Virus record (IMG/VR): IMGVR_UViG_3300042478_002844
Coordinates: 1 to 60,251 of that record
Direction: 5' to 3' (one strand)
DNA length: 60,251 nt
Source of the DNA: a virus
Taxonomy: Duplodnaviria > Caudoviricetes
Shown here: piece after piece, positions 42,878-53,127 of the stretch
How the letters are laid out: each line of letters begins with the position of its first letter
How positions within the stretch are numbered: position 1 is the stretch's first letter
Made by a program: the position numbers and the translations under genes
Notes under the pieces: model-generated
The model's database searches: none
Seen by the model: the letters and a program-made list of their open reading frames with translations, nothing else
What the model was told of the DNA's origin: nothing

Positions 42878-43489
42878 TTATTTAGCTCCACGAGACTTCA
42901 TGTAATCAGATTGCTGTTGATTAATAAGATTAACGTAATCTTGCGGCTTTGCCTGCCCAGCCTTTATTTTCTCCAACATTGCTATTCTGTCGTTAAAAAT
43001 GCCCATGGTGTGGACTTGAGATGATGGCAAGGGCTTTTCTCCCTTAGAGATTCTATCAACTCTTTTCTTCAAGTCTTGTATATTAAAATCTACGGTTGCT
43101 GGATCCGAAAGCATTTTTACTTGTTCTTCATCAGACGGAGAAAGTGCTGACATTACAGCACCCATAGGTGATTTTTCCATTCCCTGTCCAATCATACTTT
43201 TCGCCAATTCGTCTGGAGTATTTCCGGTTGGACTTATAGCTCCACCTGTGGCCTTTGAGACTGCATTACCCACAGCGCTCACTGGCAGGCTAGACATTTG
43301 CTGCTGAGCTTTTGCTGGATCTGTAGATAATGGCTGCCCAGTAACTGCTTTCATAGCCTTGCTCGCGTCTTCTTGTTTTTTTCTAGAAGCTGCATCTGCT
43401 ACTTCCTTATACTGCTCTGCAGTTGGTGCTTGAGCAAGCTTTTCTATGCTCCATCCACTTTCTTTTAAAGTCCAAGCAAATTTTATCAT
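42878..43489 (-). CDS. MIKFAW-leader protein
   Basis: MIKFAWTLKESGWSIEKLAQ. GGAG RBS. Confidence 0.8.
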   Translation of the reverse strand: MIKFAWTLKESGWSIEKLAQAPTAEQYKEVADAASRKKQEDASKAMKAVTGQPLSTDPAKAQQQMSSLPVSAVGNAVSKATGGAISPTGNTPDELAKSMIGQGMEKSPMGAVMSALSPSDEEQVKMLSDPATVDFNIQDLKKRVDRISKGEKPLPSSQVHTMGIFNDRIAMLEKIKAGQAKPQDYVNLINQQQSDYMKSRGAK

Positions 43490-43554
43490 ATAATTTTCTC
43501 CAATAATAAAGGTAATATTTTTATGTAAAATATTAAAAACGTCCTTCTATTTTA

Positions 43555-43959
43555 TTAAACCTTTACGTAATCATTTGCTTTTGCTATATCTTCTGAAAGC
43601 GTTTTGAACCAATTGCCACGACGATACAAACTTCCCTCAGCCCCACTAACTTCGCATATCGAATGAGACAACTCTTCAGTCATATCTACAACACCGTTAG
43701 TCCAGTAATCCCCACCACTTATATACATTCTTAAACTACCAAACTTCTCTTTAATTTGTTCCACATGTGCAGGAACATAAGCTAGATCGTTCTTTTTTTG
43801 TTGATTATGTTTATGCAAAAGCTTAGCAGCTGTTTTTATGATATTTGCCCATCCATCATCACAAGCCATCTCAAATGCTACATCAGTGTTTTCTGGCTCT
43901 TCGTCAAAGAATATAGACCAAGCTTCTAGTATAATCTTCTTTTCAATATCTTTATTCAT
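43555..43959 (-). CDS. Conserved phage protein (QIKEKFGxLR family)
   Basis: CDDGW, QIKEKFGSLRMY, SICEVSG..G.L...W.KTL. Confidence 0.8.
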   Translation of the reverse strand: MNKDIEKKIILEAWSIFFDEEPENTDVAFEMACDDGWANIIKTAAKLLHKHNQQKKNDLAYVPAHVEQIKEKFGSLRMYISGGDYWTNGVVDMTEELSHSICEVSGAEGSLYRRGNWFKTLSEDIAKANDYVKV

Positions 43960-43962
43960 TTT

Positions 43963-44265
43963 TTAATTCTCCTTACGAGATAGACACTCAAGAAGCCATT
44001 TTTCTTTTGTAATGAAAACAGGCTCATGGTTTAAAGAATCCCATTTTATCCAGCCGCCAATTCTTTCAGAGGCCTCAAGTATAAGTTTTGACTGTACGTT
44101 GCCTACAGCTGGCGGATCACTGTGAACAGCATCCCATACCGTAAACTCTAAGTTTACCATCCATGTTGCTGACCAATACTCTTCAGATATTGAATAAAAA
44201 GAGTTTTTAAACCAATCTAAAACTTCTTCATCTGTAAATTGGTCAAAAAAATTACACTTTTTCAT
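43963..44265 (-). CDS. Hypothetical phage protein
   Basis: ISEEYWSATWM.NLEF.VW...GGWI.W. Confidence 0.7.
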   Translation of the reverse strand: MKKCNFFDQFTDEEVLDWFKNSFYSISEEYWSATWMVNLEFTVWDAVHSDPPAVGNVQSKLILEASERIGGWIKWDSLNHEPVFITKEKWLLECLSRKEN

Positions 44266-44576
44266 TCTACTTCTACCAATACTGCAGGCTGGCTTGGCTC
44301 ATCTCCATATTGCCCTGGAGTAATTTTAACAATTTGTCTATCTTCTTTATATGGTGGATCCATAAAAAATTTACTTCCAACTTGTAAAAACGGGCCACCA
44401 GAGAAGTCTACAAATTCATACTCATTTTTTGTATCATCAGCATAACCGCACCTAACAAAATGAGAATCTCCATATACAAGATACTCTTTGTTAGAAATTC
44501 TCTTAATGTATCGTATTTCGCCGTATCTACTTTTTATCACGGCGTTTTGGTTTATTGGTATTCTTTTTAGCCTCAT
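44262..44576 (-). CDS. Hypothetical phage protein
   Basis: SRYG...FVDFSGGPFL.VG. Confidence 0.7.
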   Translation of the reverse strand: MRLKRIPINQNAVIKSRYGEIRYIKRISNKEYLVYGDSHFVRCGYADDTKNEYEFVDFSGGPFLQVGSKFFMDPPYKEDRQIVKITPGQYGDEPSQPAVLVEVE

Positions 44577-44985
44577 TATTATTTTTCGTCATAACGATAT
44601 CGTCATCTTGAAGATTGAAGAGTTCATCATGAATTTCACCAATGTAATAGTCAAATAAGTTCTCAGCCACAGAACGCACTAACATATCGTTTACGGACAT
44701 CTCTCCATGCTCTTTTGTATATATTTTTATGCCTTCTTTAGCTGCTTTTTCAAATGCCAATACACCCATTTCTCTATTAAATAATCCTTTTTTAAGCTTT
44801 ATGGACAAGTTGTGTATAAGCGGGTTTATTAATTTTTTATATAATTTATTATAATGAACAATATGTGCTGTTAATTCATACACATTAGGAGCATGTTTAA
44901 GATGAGATACTTTGACCCAGCCAGCATGGATACCTATGTTTATCCAGTCATGCTTTGATATATTAATGCCATTATATTTAAACAT
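44527..44985 (-). CDS. W-x3-G-x3-GW leader protein
   Basis: ISKHDWINIGIHAGWVKVS. Confidence 0.75.
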   Translation of the reverse strand: MFKYNGINISKHDWINIGIHAGWVKVSHLKHAPNVYELTAHIVHYNKLYKKLINPLIHNLSIKLKKGLFNREMGVLAFEKAAKEGIKIYTKEHGEMSVNDMLVRSVAENLFDYYIGEIHDELFNLQDDDIVMTKNNNEAKKNTNKPKRRDKK

Positions 44986-45020
44986 ACTAATACTTACCAA
45001 TACTAAGCTTTGTTACCTAC

Positions 45021-45046
45021 AAAAAACCCTCATTACTGAGGGCTTT
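45021..45046 (-). terminator. Rho-independent terminator
   Basis: Minus strand reads ccctca-gtaa-tgaggg-tttttt, overlapping the stop of the micro-ORF. Confidence 0.65.
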
Positions 45047-45176
45047 CTATCTTGCGCTTTGCCTCGCAACCTTCCATGTTTCTAATCCGATCATGCTTTT
45101 TCTTCATTACTTTAGCTTTCCATGATCGTCTTGTCATCCCCAAATCGCTATAATTATTTCTAGAATTTTTACCCAT
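45033..45176 (-). CDS. 47-aa basic micro-protein (MGKNSRNNYSDLG...)
   Basis: Translated by hand. AAGGAG RBS and terminator at the end. Confidence 0.6.
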   Translation of the reverse strand: MGKNSRNNYSDLGMTRRSWKAKVMKKKHDRIRNMEGCEAKRKIESPQ

Positions 45177-45216
45177 ATTTATCTCCTTTTATTACAAAAG
45201 CTAATCATGTTATCGA

Positions 45217-45690
45217 TTAATCTACCATTTCATCTAATTCAATATCATAATTAAATTTCTGTATTAAAAGTCTTTGCAGTATGGATTTAAAAGGTTCTTC
45301 TAATTCTCCAGCATCATTTGTATATTTTCTTCCATTTAATTTCATAAACTCTGCAATATGCTCTTTAATTTTCTGTGCTTTTCCAAAATTACTATCATCT
45401 CCAATTGAAACATTGTCGTCTTTTTCCACGTGTTTTATAACATCTAAAAATGTTTTTAGCTCATGAGCGAATATGTCTGGGTCTCTAAATTCAGGACCCT
45501 GAGCTTCTTCCATGTATCTTTTTTGTATTAGTCTTTGCAATTCTTGTTGATTGATTTCGCCCCTGTTAAGCCTTTCAATCAAATCACTTATATTAACATG
45601 ACTGAAATCTGCTGAAGACTTTCTCATATCATGCCCTATTTTCTGTATTGTCCATCCTGCTTGAGTGTATTTCCATGCAAACTTAATCAT
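45217..45690 (-). CDS. MIKFAW-leader protein
   Basis: MIKFAWKYTQAGWTIQKIG. AAGGAG RBS. Confidence 0.8.
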   Translation of the reverse strand: MIKFAWKYTQAGWTIQKIGHDMRKSSADFSHVNISDLIERLNRGEINQQELQRLIQKRYMEEAQGPEFRDPDIFAHELKTFLDVIKHVEKDDNVSIGDDSNFGKAQKIKEHIAEFMKLNGRKYTNDAGELEEPFKSILQRLLIQKFNYDIELDEMVD

Positions 45691-45741
45691 TTTTTCTCCT
45701 TAAATGTAACAGGTATAATTACTATAAAAATATACGCTATC

Positions 45742-48456
45742 CTATCTAGCTGCTCCGCACTTAGTGTGCTTATACCAGTTTATGCTTGCAAATTTTGGAC
45801 TAGATTGTGTCAAATCTAAATGCCAATATGTGGCATTTTTATATTGCACTTTTTTCATACCATATCTCATTGCTTTTTCATCATATAATTTTTTGTACAA
45901 CTCCATTGTTGAAGCTTTTGCATACTGTCTCCAGGTAATATACAAGTATGAAGCAGAAGCAACAAACAGGTGTTTTATGCCAAGCCGACTGCAGTACATA
46001 AATATCTCATTGTAAAAAGTGTCTAGCCAATCAGCAAATCTATTTTCAACTTTAGATTTAAATTCTGAAAGATGTGGTCTATTTAAGTGAGCATTGGAAG
46101 TTGCCATAAAATTGGCAACATCATTTATTTGTTTTTGCATTGCTTGCATTTTGTGTTCTATAGCCAATAATTTACTCTTATCGTTTATGAATGGATCAAC
46201 TCTTTCGGCTTTTTGTTGTTCTATCTTTTCAATAGCTTTGCTAATTTGCTGAACAAAATTCTGATCATTTGCGTTAGCTATTTTTTGCTTTAATTCTTTT
46301 ATTTTCAATTCATAGTATTGATCAGGAGTTAATCTAATTAAGTTTTTACTTATTTTGTCATGCTCTTCTTTTAACTTAGCAAGCTCTTGAGATAAAGACT
46401 CTAGACTTTTTAATGGATCTTTCATTCTTGGAGTATTCTGCATAATATCACTTTGTATCTCATTGATGTACATTATTTTATTATATAGATCTACAGTACC
46501 GCCAATCCATCCAATAAAATCGTAATGACTTTCTTGGCTTAACGCCCCTTCTTCATTTGATACCCATTCTTGTTTTGGAATGCTATATCCATGAAAATTA
46601 AGTCCAGTTTGTCTATCAAACACTGTTTCCATTTTTACTGGGTCTGATGCGCTCTTTTTAGGATAAATTGCAATATGGAATGACTGATAAGGAACTTCAC
46701 TTGGCATTGGCACATCTTTGCGCTCAAATGCTCCTCCTCCAGGATATCTTGCGTCAAGTCTCAATTGAGATATATGCTCAAATGGCTTCTGAATAATTCC
46801 CTCTTGTTTTGCTTTTTCTGATTCAGCATTTTCAAATGAGCGCAAACTTATTGAAGGATCAGACAATATCTTCTTTTGTTCTTCTACATGCTTTGCGATT
46901 TCTTCACGCTTGGATCTTTCTTCTGCTCTTCTTGCTTCTTCTTCTCTTTTTAGTTGCTCTTGTTGTTCACGCATCACCTTTTGTTGCTCTTCATATTCTC
47001 TCATTGCTTCTATGAGATCTGCATAATTTGGATTTTCTTCCGTTATAGACTTCTTCATTTTTTCAGCGTCTTTTGCTGGCATGTCTGATATGATTCTCTC
47101 AATTTGTTGCAGATTTGAGCCTATCTGTTCATTAGTCATTTGTGCAACAAGATTACGTTCTTCAGAAAAAATGGAAAGCAAATTTGGATCTGAAGCAACA
47201 GTCCATTTAATTACTTCTATTTGCTTTTTTATTTCTTGTACGTATTCATCTACTCCAATAACATGATGTTCTCTAGCCATGTCTTCAAGATCTTTTGCAA
47301 TACCCTCCCAATCATTTATTCCAAAATTTACAAACGGATTACTTAGGTTAACATTTACTTGACCACTCTCCTCATCCCATTCAAGCCAGTCGTGACTTTT
47401 CATTCTTTCTGTAAATGTTTTTCTTCGGTAGTGACGAACATTAGGATCTTCTTCCTCTGGAGGTAGCTCTTTTTCAGCCCATCTTCTGTCTGCGTAATCA
47501 AAGTCTGATGCAGCGCTTTCAGCTTGATTTTGTGCTTCTTCTTCTGCAAAACGATTTTTGTTGTTCTCAAACCATTTATTTTTTACGTCATCTTCAAAAA
47601 AACTTTGTATCTCTTCATCTAGATCTGTTTTATGATAAGGCATTTTTTCTATATTGCTTACATAAAAAGTTGCAACATTTTTATATGCGTCTCTAGCTAT
47701 TGAAAGAGCTTCATCTTCACTAAATGTTTTATCATTTGAAAAACCGCCCTGCATAGCACTCAAGGCCGACCTTTGAACTATCATTTCATTCATATTATAA
47801 TTGTATCTATCAAGCCAATTTTTTAATGTAGCGGATGAGTTCTCAGATATAACCTTTCCAATTAAATTATCTGCGGCGTCTCTTGCAGTCCAGCTCATTG
47901 CCTTCAACCCGCTAATAGAATCAATCATACCTATCCAATAGTTGGACGTATCTGTTTCTCCAGATCCTAATGCTGCAGCTATTTCCTGTAAAGTAACTGC
48001 TTCTTTTGATTTATTCTCCGCTCTTGAACTTGTAGGATAACTGAACAAATTTGCAATAAAGCTATCTTCATCAAATTTTTCCATCACAAACTTAAGGATA
48101 TCATCTTCATCTATCTCGCTTATATTTTCCCAAAATGTATCATCATTAAATAAGCCTTCATAAGATTCATACAAATAATCAGAATCTACAAACTGAGATA
48201 TAGCCTCATAATCCGGCTCTGGATCTAATTTAGCGTTCTCTAGCTCATATTGCATATGACTAAAAGCATTTAACAAAAACTGAAGCTTATACTTCTTTCC
48301 GCCCAATTTTTCAGAGTTTTTCTTCATAGCTTCGTATTCAGGACCCATGTCAAATAGGTATTGTTGACCTGGAGTGTGACTGAACTGTAGCAGTCTGATT
48401 ATGTTGGTAGGGCTGCACTTAAGAGTATGAGATTGAGCGAATTTATACCATTGCAT
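45742..48456 (-). CDS. Large protein with E[IL]QSD domain, paralog 1
   Basis: MQWYKFAQ leader, GWIGG.VD..NK.MYINEIQSD, C-terminal KFASINWYK. Confidence 0.85.
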   Translation of the reverse strand: MQWYKFAQSHTLKCSPTNIIRLLQFSHTPGQQYLFDMGPEYEAMKKNSEKLGGKKYKLQFLLNAFSHMQYELENAKLDPEPDYEAISQFVDSDYLYESYEGLFNDDTFWENISEIDEDDILKFVMEKFDEDSFIANLFSYPTSSRAENKSKEAVTLQEIAAALGSGETDTSNYWIGMIDSISGLKAMSWTARDAADNLIGKVISENSSATLKNWLDRYNYNMNEMIVQRSALSAMQGGFSNDKTFSEDEALSIARDAYKNVATFYVSNIEKMPYHKTDLDEEIQSFFEDDVKNKWFENNKNRFAEEEAQNQAESAASDFDYADRRWAEKELPPEEEDPNVRHYRRKTFTERMKSHDWLEWDEESGQVNVNLSNPFVNFGINDWEGIAKDLEDMAREHHVIGVDEYVQEIKKQIEVIKWTVASDPNLLSIFSEERNLVAQMTNEQIGSNLQQIERIISDMPAKDAEKMKKSITEENPNYADLIEAMREYEEQQKVMREQQEQLKREEEARRAEERSKREEIAKHVEEQKKILSDPSISLRSFENAESEKAKQEGIIQKPFEHISQLRLDARYPGGGAFERKDVPMPSEVPYQSFHIAIYPKKSASDPVKMETVFDRQTGLNFHGYSIPKQEWVSNEEGALSQESHYDFIGWIGGTVDLYNKIMYINEIQSDIMQNTPRMKDPLKSLESLSQELAKLKEEHDKISKNLIRLTPDQYYELKIKELKQKIANANDQNFVQQISKAIEKIEQQKAERVDPFINDKSKLLAIEHKMQAMQKQINDVANFMATSNAHLNRPHLSEFKSKVENRFADWLDTFYNEIFMYCSRLGIKHLFVASASYLYITWRQYAKASTMELYKKLYDEKAMRYGMKKVQYKNATYWHLDLTQSSPKFASINWYKHTKCGAAR

Positions 48457-51205
48457 TTTTAACCTTCTTGTACCAATTTACTTTTGCGTACTTTGGCATA
48501 TTCTTTGTCAAATCCAGGTGCCACCATTTTCCCAATTTAGTCTGCACAAATTCTCCCTTAAATTCTTGAGCTCTTTTGTCGTATATCTTCTTGTACACTT
48601 CTACAGCACCAGCGTCTGCCAATGCTCCCCATCTATCCTTCAAGCCTTCAGACGTTATAATGTAAATATTTTTTATACCAAACCTAGCACTGTATGAAAA
48701 AATTTCATTATAAAATACATCTATCCATTCAGAAAATTTATTTTCAATTTTTGATCTTACATCATGTAGATTTGGTTTTTTCTTCCAATGGTTTCTTGAA
48801 TCTGTTTCAAAAGCTAATAATTTGTTGTATTGGTCTTCAATTTCTTTTTTATGTTTTTCTAATTCTTCTATTTTTTGTCTTATTTTTTTCCATGGATCTT
48901 CTTTTGCTTCTTTTTGTTTTTGTAATTTTTCAATAGCAATATCCATTTGTTTTTTAAATTGTTCGTTTTGCGCTTTGTCTCTTTTTTCTTCTAGTTCTTT
49001 TATTTTTTTATCATAAAAAGCATCAATGCCCATCGCTGATTGAGAGTTTAAATTTTCTTTTTCTTTTTTTATTTCATTTTCAACCTGAAGGTAATCTTCA
49101 TTTATTTTTTTCTTTGCTTTTATTGGATCTTTCATGAAGTTTGAAAATTGCATTACATCACTTTGCAGCTCAACAATGTACATATTCTTGTTAATATTGT
49201 CTACATACCCTCCCACCCATCCAAGTCCATAGTTGTGATGTCCTTCTCTGCTTATAGTAAACATAGAATTATGATGAAAATTTAAACCCTGTGGTGAAAG
49301 TGCTTCACCAACTAATGGATTTTCATTCATTTCTTTTTTTGGAAATATTACTATTTGGAAACTAGCGGGCTGTAAAATTCTTGTTGAAAGTCTAGGAAAA
49401 TATTTTTGCGCATTTTCATAGTTCTGAGTTAGAGAGCTAAAGGCTCCTTGACCTGGAAAAATACCAAATCTTATACTAGCTGAGTGCTCAAATGGAGAAT
49501 CTAGTATTTTTTGTTCTTTTGATTTTTTAAGCTCTTCTTCTCCAAATTGCCTATTAGGATCAACATTTAATAAAGAGCGGACATTTTTTTCAGTATCTTC
49601 TGCATTTGGGTCATAATCTAAATGCTCATCTGGATTTTCTAGTACTTTATTAAGTGTGTCAATTTCTGTTTTTATTATTTTTAATATAGTATTTTTTACA
49701 GAATTTACATAATTAGGATCATTGAATAAAGATGGATTTGCACCAAGTGCTAATGTTATAAAAGAAGGCAACGTAGCTGCACCACTTATTATTTGACGTT
49801 CATAGTCTGCTGATTCAATTTCTTTTTGTGCATCTTTTAGTAAATCGCGCTCTAATTCTACAGGACTCTTGCTGACACCCCAAATGCCATTATAATATCT
49901 ATAGGCGGTAACTGCAGCATGTAAGTTTCCAGCATAATACAGATTATTATTTTCTGCTATTTTTTTACTTTGTCTTAATTCTAATCTTTGTGTGCTTTCA
50001 TTTTTTTCATGATATTTTTTAAATATTGCAGCAAGATCAGGGTTGCTATTTATTATATTGTCAATAGTTTTTAATTTTGTACTTATGATTGAAAACAGAT
50101 CTTGTCCAGATATATTCCTATTTGTTCTTTTACCTTGCATGTCCAATCCACTTGCGTCAAAAGCAGCCCACATATCGCTTATCATGCGACTCCATTCTTC
50201 AACGGTCATTTTTGCAAAGGGACCACCACGCCTCATGGCGACAAAAGTATCATAATCAGCAACTCTTTCAAATAGGCCTCTTGCAACATGGTGAACGGCG
50301 TCTGTCCCTTGATGACTATCTGTTGGTAAATACCGTTTTTCCATAACTTCAAATATGGCTTTTGAATATCTCTGTTTTAAATTTTCGTTTACTCTTATAT
50401 AGTGGAAAAAACTTACCGCAGCAGTTTTGATGTCATCAAGCATGCCAAAATACACACCTGATTGCAAATTTTTTATAAATTGAGAAATAAATTCAATTCC
50501 AGCATAACTTAGTATGCATAGTAGCAAATATTCATCTGCATTTTTTGCAACAGAAGTATCCAATAGCAGTGTATTGGCCGTATTGACATCTTTGTGCTTA
50601 GCATCATCAATTAACTGAAGTATTCTAGATCTGTTATAACGAATATAATTTGGATAGTTAAGTAGGGCAAATTTTTCTATAAAATTTTCTTTAGAAATTT
50701 CTTGGGCTTTTATTCGATTATTGTTGCCCGCTTGCCGTAAGTCATCTTCCATTGATTCAAACATTTTTAGCAAGAATCCCAGTGCTACTCTATTGTTTTG
50801 ATTCCATTTTAAGTTATATATTAGTTGCGTTATGTATTCATTTCTAGCACGACCTGTCTCAGATGCCATGGGAGAACAGTTAAAGTATGAACCACAAAGC
50901 ATATTCCGCAATGACGTGTCATCTGACCTAAAAATTAAGTTAATGTTTTCGTAGCTTAATGGTATCTGATTAGGCACTAAGCCTAATCGGTTGGACTCTT
51001 CTATTTTTTCTCTTACTAAACGGTCGCCTCTTTCAATATCTTCTTTTTTAATTCTCTCTTCTTCTGATGTGACATTTTGCTCACGCTCCATAAGATTGCG
51101 AAGCTCTTGTTCATTATATGAAGCATCTGCGCCTTCAGTTTTTTTACCAAACCTATCGCGAAGCTTTCTAAACCAATTAAGTTGTGCAGTTTTTTCCGTA
51201 TCCAT
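48443..51205 (-). CDS. Large protein with E[IL]QSD domain, paralog 2
   Basis: EKTAQLNWF N-terminus, GWVGGYVD..NKNMYIVELQSD, C-terminal KYAKVNWYK. Confidence 0.85.
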   Translation of the reverse strand: MDTEKTAQLNWFRKLRDRFGKKTEGADASYNEQELRNLMEREQNVTSEEERIKKEDIERGDRLVREKIEESNRLGLVPNQIPLSYENINLIFRSDDTSLRNMLCGSYFNCSPMASETGRARNEYITQLIYNLKWNQNNRVALGFLLKMFESMEDDLRQAGNNNRIKAQEISKENFIEKFALLNYPNYIRYNRSRILQLIDDAKHKDVNTANTLLLDTSVAKNADEYLLLCILSYAGIEFISQFIKNLQSGVYFGMLDDIKTAAVSFFHYIRVNENLKQRYSKAIFEVMEKRYLPTDSHQGTDAVHHVARGLFERVADYDTFVAMRRGGPFAKMTVEEWSRMISDMWAAFDASGLDMQGKRTNRNISGQDLFSIISTKLKTIDNIINSNPDLAAIFKKYHEKNESTQRLELRQSKKIAENNNLYYAGNLHAAVTAYRYYNGIWGVSKSPVELERDLLKDAQKEIESADYERQIISGAATLPSFITLALGANPSLFNDPNYVNSVKNTILKIIKTEIDTLNKVLENPDEHLDYDPNAEDTEKNVRSLLNVDPNRQFGEEELKKSKEQKILDSPFEHSASIRFGIFPGQGAFSSLTQNYENAQKYFPRLSTRILQPASFQIVIFPKKEMNENPLVGEALSPQGLNFHHNSMFTISREGHHNYGLGWVGGYVDNINKNMYIVELQSDVMQFSNFMKDPIKAKKKINEDYLQVENEIKKEKENLNSQSAMGIDAFYDKKIKELEEKRDKAQNEQFKKQMDIAIEKLQKQKEAKEDPWKKIRQKIEELEKHKKEIEDQYNKLLAFETDSRNHWKKKPNLHDVRSKIENKFSEWIDVFYNEIFSYSARFGIKNIYIITSEGLKDRWGALADAGAVEVYKKIYDKRAQEFKGEFVQTKLGKWWHLDLTKNMPKYAKVNWYKKVKNAMV

Positions 51206-51350
51206 AATATTAAAAATAAGTATAAAATATTTACTATTATTATCTATATTATCTTTCTGTTAAAAAATCACAAAAGGATTTTACTGTACCAATGTGTATT
51301 TTTACTATTGAAATATTTATATAATTCTCTTTAAGTATCGGGGGGTACAC

Positions 51351-52139
51351 ATGGGGATAAAAAAGCCAGATATCGTTACAGCAGACGTTAGTCCAATTCA
51401 TAATCAGAGCACTTCTGGGGGGTGCTCCACTTGTGCTAGAATATGTGAAGAAGCTAAGGCCAAGGTTAAAAGCTTGGAGAAGAAAGTGTACATCATGACA
51501 ATAGTGTGCACTTCTGCCATTACGCTACTTGGAGAGAAGGGCATTCAATCCTTGATAACAGCACTTAACGGTGTAAATTCAGCTATGTCCGCAGCTGCTG
51601 AAACAGGGTCAGGCGAACCTGGACAAAAAGATGGCAATAAAAATTCATCAGATAGCAAGCAATCTAATAACAATTTTTTAAATCCACGATATCAAAGGCC
51701 TTGGCAGCCTCCTGTTAAGCTGGAAAATAAAGAACAGACTCGTGGGTATCGACCAACAGACGAACTTGCTCGTTTCTCAAAAGAAAATAAAATTGGTGGA
51801 GATAAACCTGTTGAAGAACCCATATCTGTGATTGTAGATCAACAGAAGACGACTCAAGAAATAATAAAAGCTGCAATGTCAAATGATACTTCCTTGATTG
51901 CTGGATTAGCTAATCAAAGCCCAGTTGCATTTGCAGACCCTTATGCGGTGTTTTTTACTCCAAGCCTGCTGCCATTTGATGTATACAGCACAACTCTTGC
52001 TCTGGGCAACAATTATGGATTTGGAGAATACTACGGGATAGATACTGGGTCTTCATATGTAGTTCCATCTGTGCCATCTCCTGGAACCGTTACTTTACTA
52101 TTTTTTAGTCAATTTACAAACACAAGAAAGAGATCATAA
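51351..52139 (+). CDS. Membrane protein with degenerate PSPG/PEP-CTERM-like tail
   Basis: CxxC, N-terminal TM segment, C-terminal VPSPG..LLFF..RKRS. Confidence 0.7.
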   Translation: MGIKKPDIVTADVSPIHNQSTSGGCSTCARICEEAKAKVKSLEKKVYIMTIVCTSAITLLGEKGIQSLITALNGVNSAMSAAAETGSGEPGQKDGNKNSSDSKQSNNNFLNPRYQRPWQPPVKLENKEQTRGYRPTDELARFSKENKIGGDKPVEEPISVIVDQQKTTQEIIKAAMSNDTSLIAGLANQSPVAFADPYAVFFTPSLLPFDVYSTTLALGNNYGFGEYYGIDTGSSYVVPSVPSPGTVTLLFFSQFTNTRKRS

Positions 52140-52783
52140 TGTTTAAGATTTTTTTTGCATCATCTGTATTATTAATTTCGTCTTATGTCCAAGCAGGGTT
52201 GACGAATGGTGGTTTTGAAAGTTTTCCAGTCGTAGGTTATGGTTTTTATTCTGGAAGCGGAGACCCCACAACGGGCTGGGCAACAACAGCCCCGGACAAT
52301 ACACTTGAAATTTGGTCCGATGGATTTTTAGGAGTTCCAGCATATGAGGGCAGCTATTTTGCAGAATTGAATGCGAACTACGCTTCAACCCTATATCAGG
52401 AAGTTAATGGTCTTGGTGATTTTAACAGCATTAACTGGCATTTTGCTCATCGTGGAAGAGATGGAGTTGACACCATGCGCCTTACAATCACAGATCTAGG
52501 TGCAGATCAAGTTTACGGTAACGGAGATGATGTCACCATATTCCAGCAAGAATACTCTGCTGGAAATACTGCGTGGGTATTCAATTCAGGGACAATTATC
52601 TCAATAGGCAACAAGACGCGTTTTGCCTTTGAAGCTGTAAGCGCAGTTGGAGGCACAACTCAAGGAAACTTAATAGACGATTGTGATTTCGGACTTGATG
52701 TTGTTATTCCATCTCCAGGAATGCTATCTCTGATTTTGATAGCTGGACTATGCGGAGTAAGCGGACGTAAGCGCAAGTCGTAA
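52139..52783 (+). CDS. PEP-CTERM-type (IPSPG) exosortase-substrate surface protein
   Basis: Signal peptide, LTNGGFES carbohydrate-binding-like domain, IPSPG + TM + RKRKS. Confidence 0.85.
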   Translation: MFKIFFASSVLLISSYVQAGLTNGGFESFPVVGYGFYSGSGDPTTGWATTAPDNTLEIWSDGFLGVPAYEGSYFAELNANYASTLYQEVNGLGDFNSINWHFAHRGRDGVDTMRLTITDLGADQVYGNGDDVTIFQQEYSAGNTAWVFNSGTIISIGNKTRFAFEAVSAVGGTTQGNLIDDCDFGLDVVIPSPGMLSLILIAGLCGVSGRKRKS

Positions 52784-52804
52784 CTGCATTTAATACAAAA
52801 ATAA

Positions 52805-52840
52805 AAAAACAGGAGCATAATAACTCCTGTTTTTATTTTT
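52805..52840. terminator. Bidirectional terminator
   Basis: aaaaacaggag / ctcctgttttt between convergent genes. Confidence 0.85.
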
Positions 52841-52848
52841 GTTAACTT

Positions 52849-53124
52849 TTATGGAGCAGAAATAGCATTAATTTGAGACATATAAGTTGAATGTTGAGTT
52901 TGATTAATAAAGCCATTGTCTAGTGCGCTTTGAATGATTATTCGAGCCCAATCTGCATGAAATGCAGCATTTTGCACATCACCTATAGCGGCTGAATTGT
53001 CAGCATTTTCAATCACACTTTCTATTCTACCTATAATTTTTGGAGCCACTGCTGCAATAGATGCAGATGTTCTAACCCATTGTCCGTTTAGTTTTTCAAA
53101 TCCTATTTTTTCTCTTATAGACAT
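52849..53124 (-). CDS. Hypothetical protein
   Basis: GAGG RBS. 91 aa. Confidence 0.7.
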   Translation of the reverse strand: MSIREKIGFEKLNGQWVRTSASIAAVAPKIIGRIESVIENADNSAAIGDVQNAAFHADWARIIIQSALDNGFINQTQHSTYMSQINAISAP

Positions 53125-53127
53125 ATT

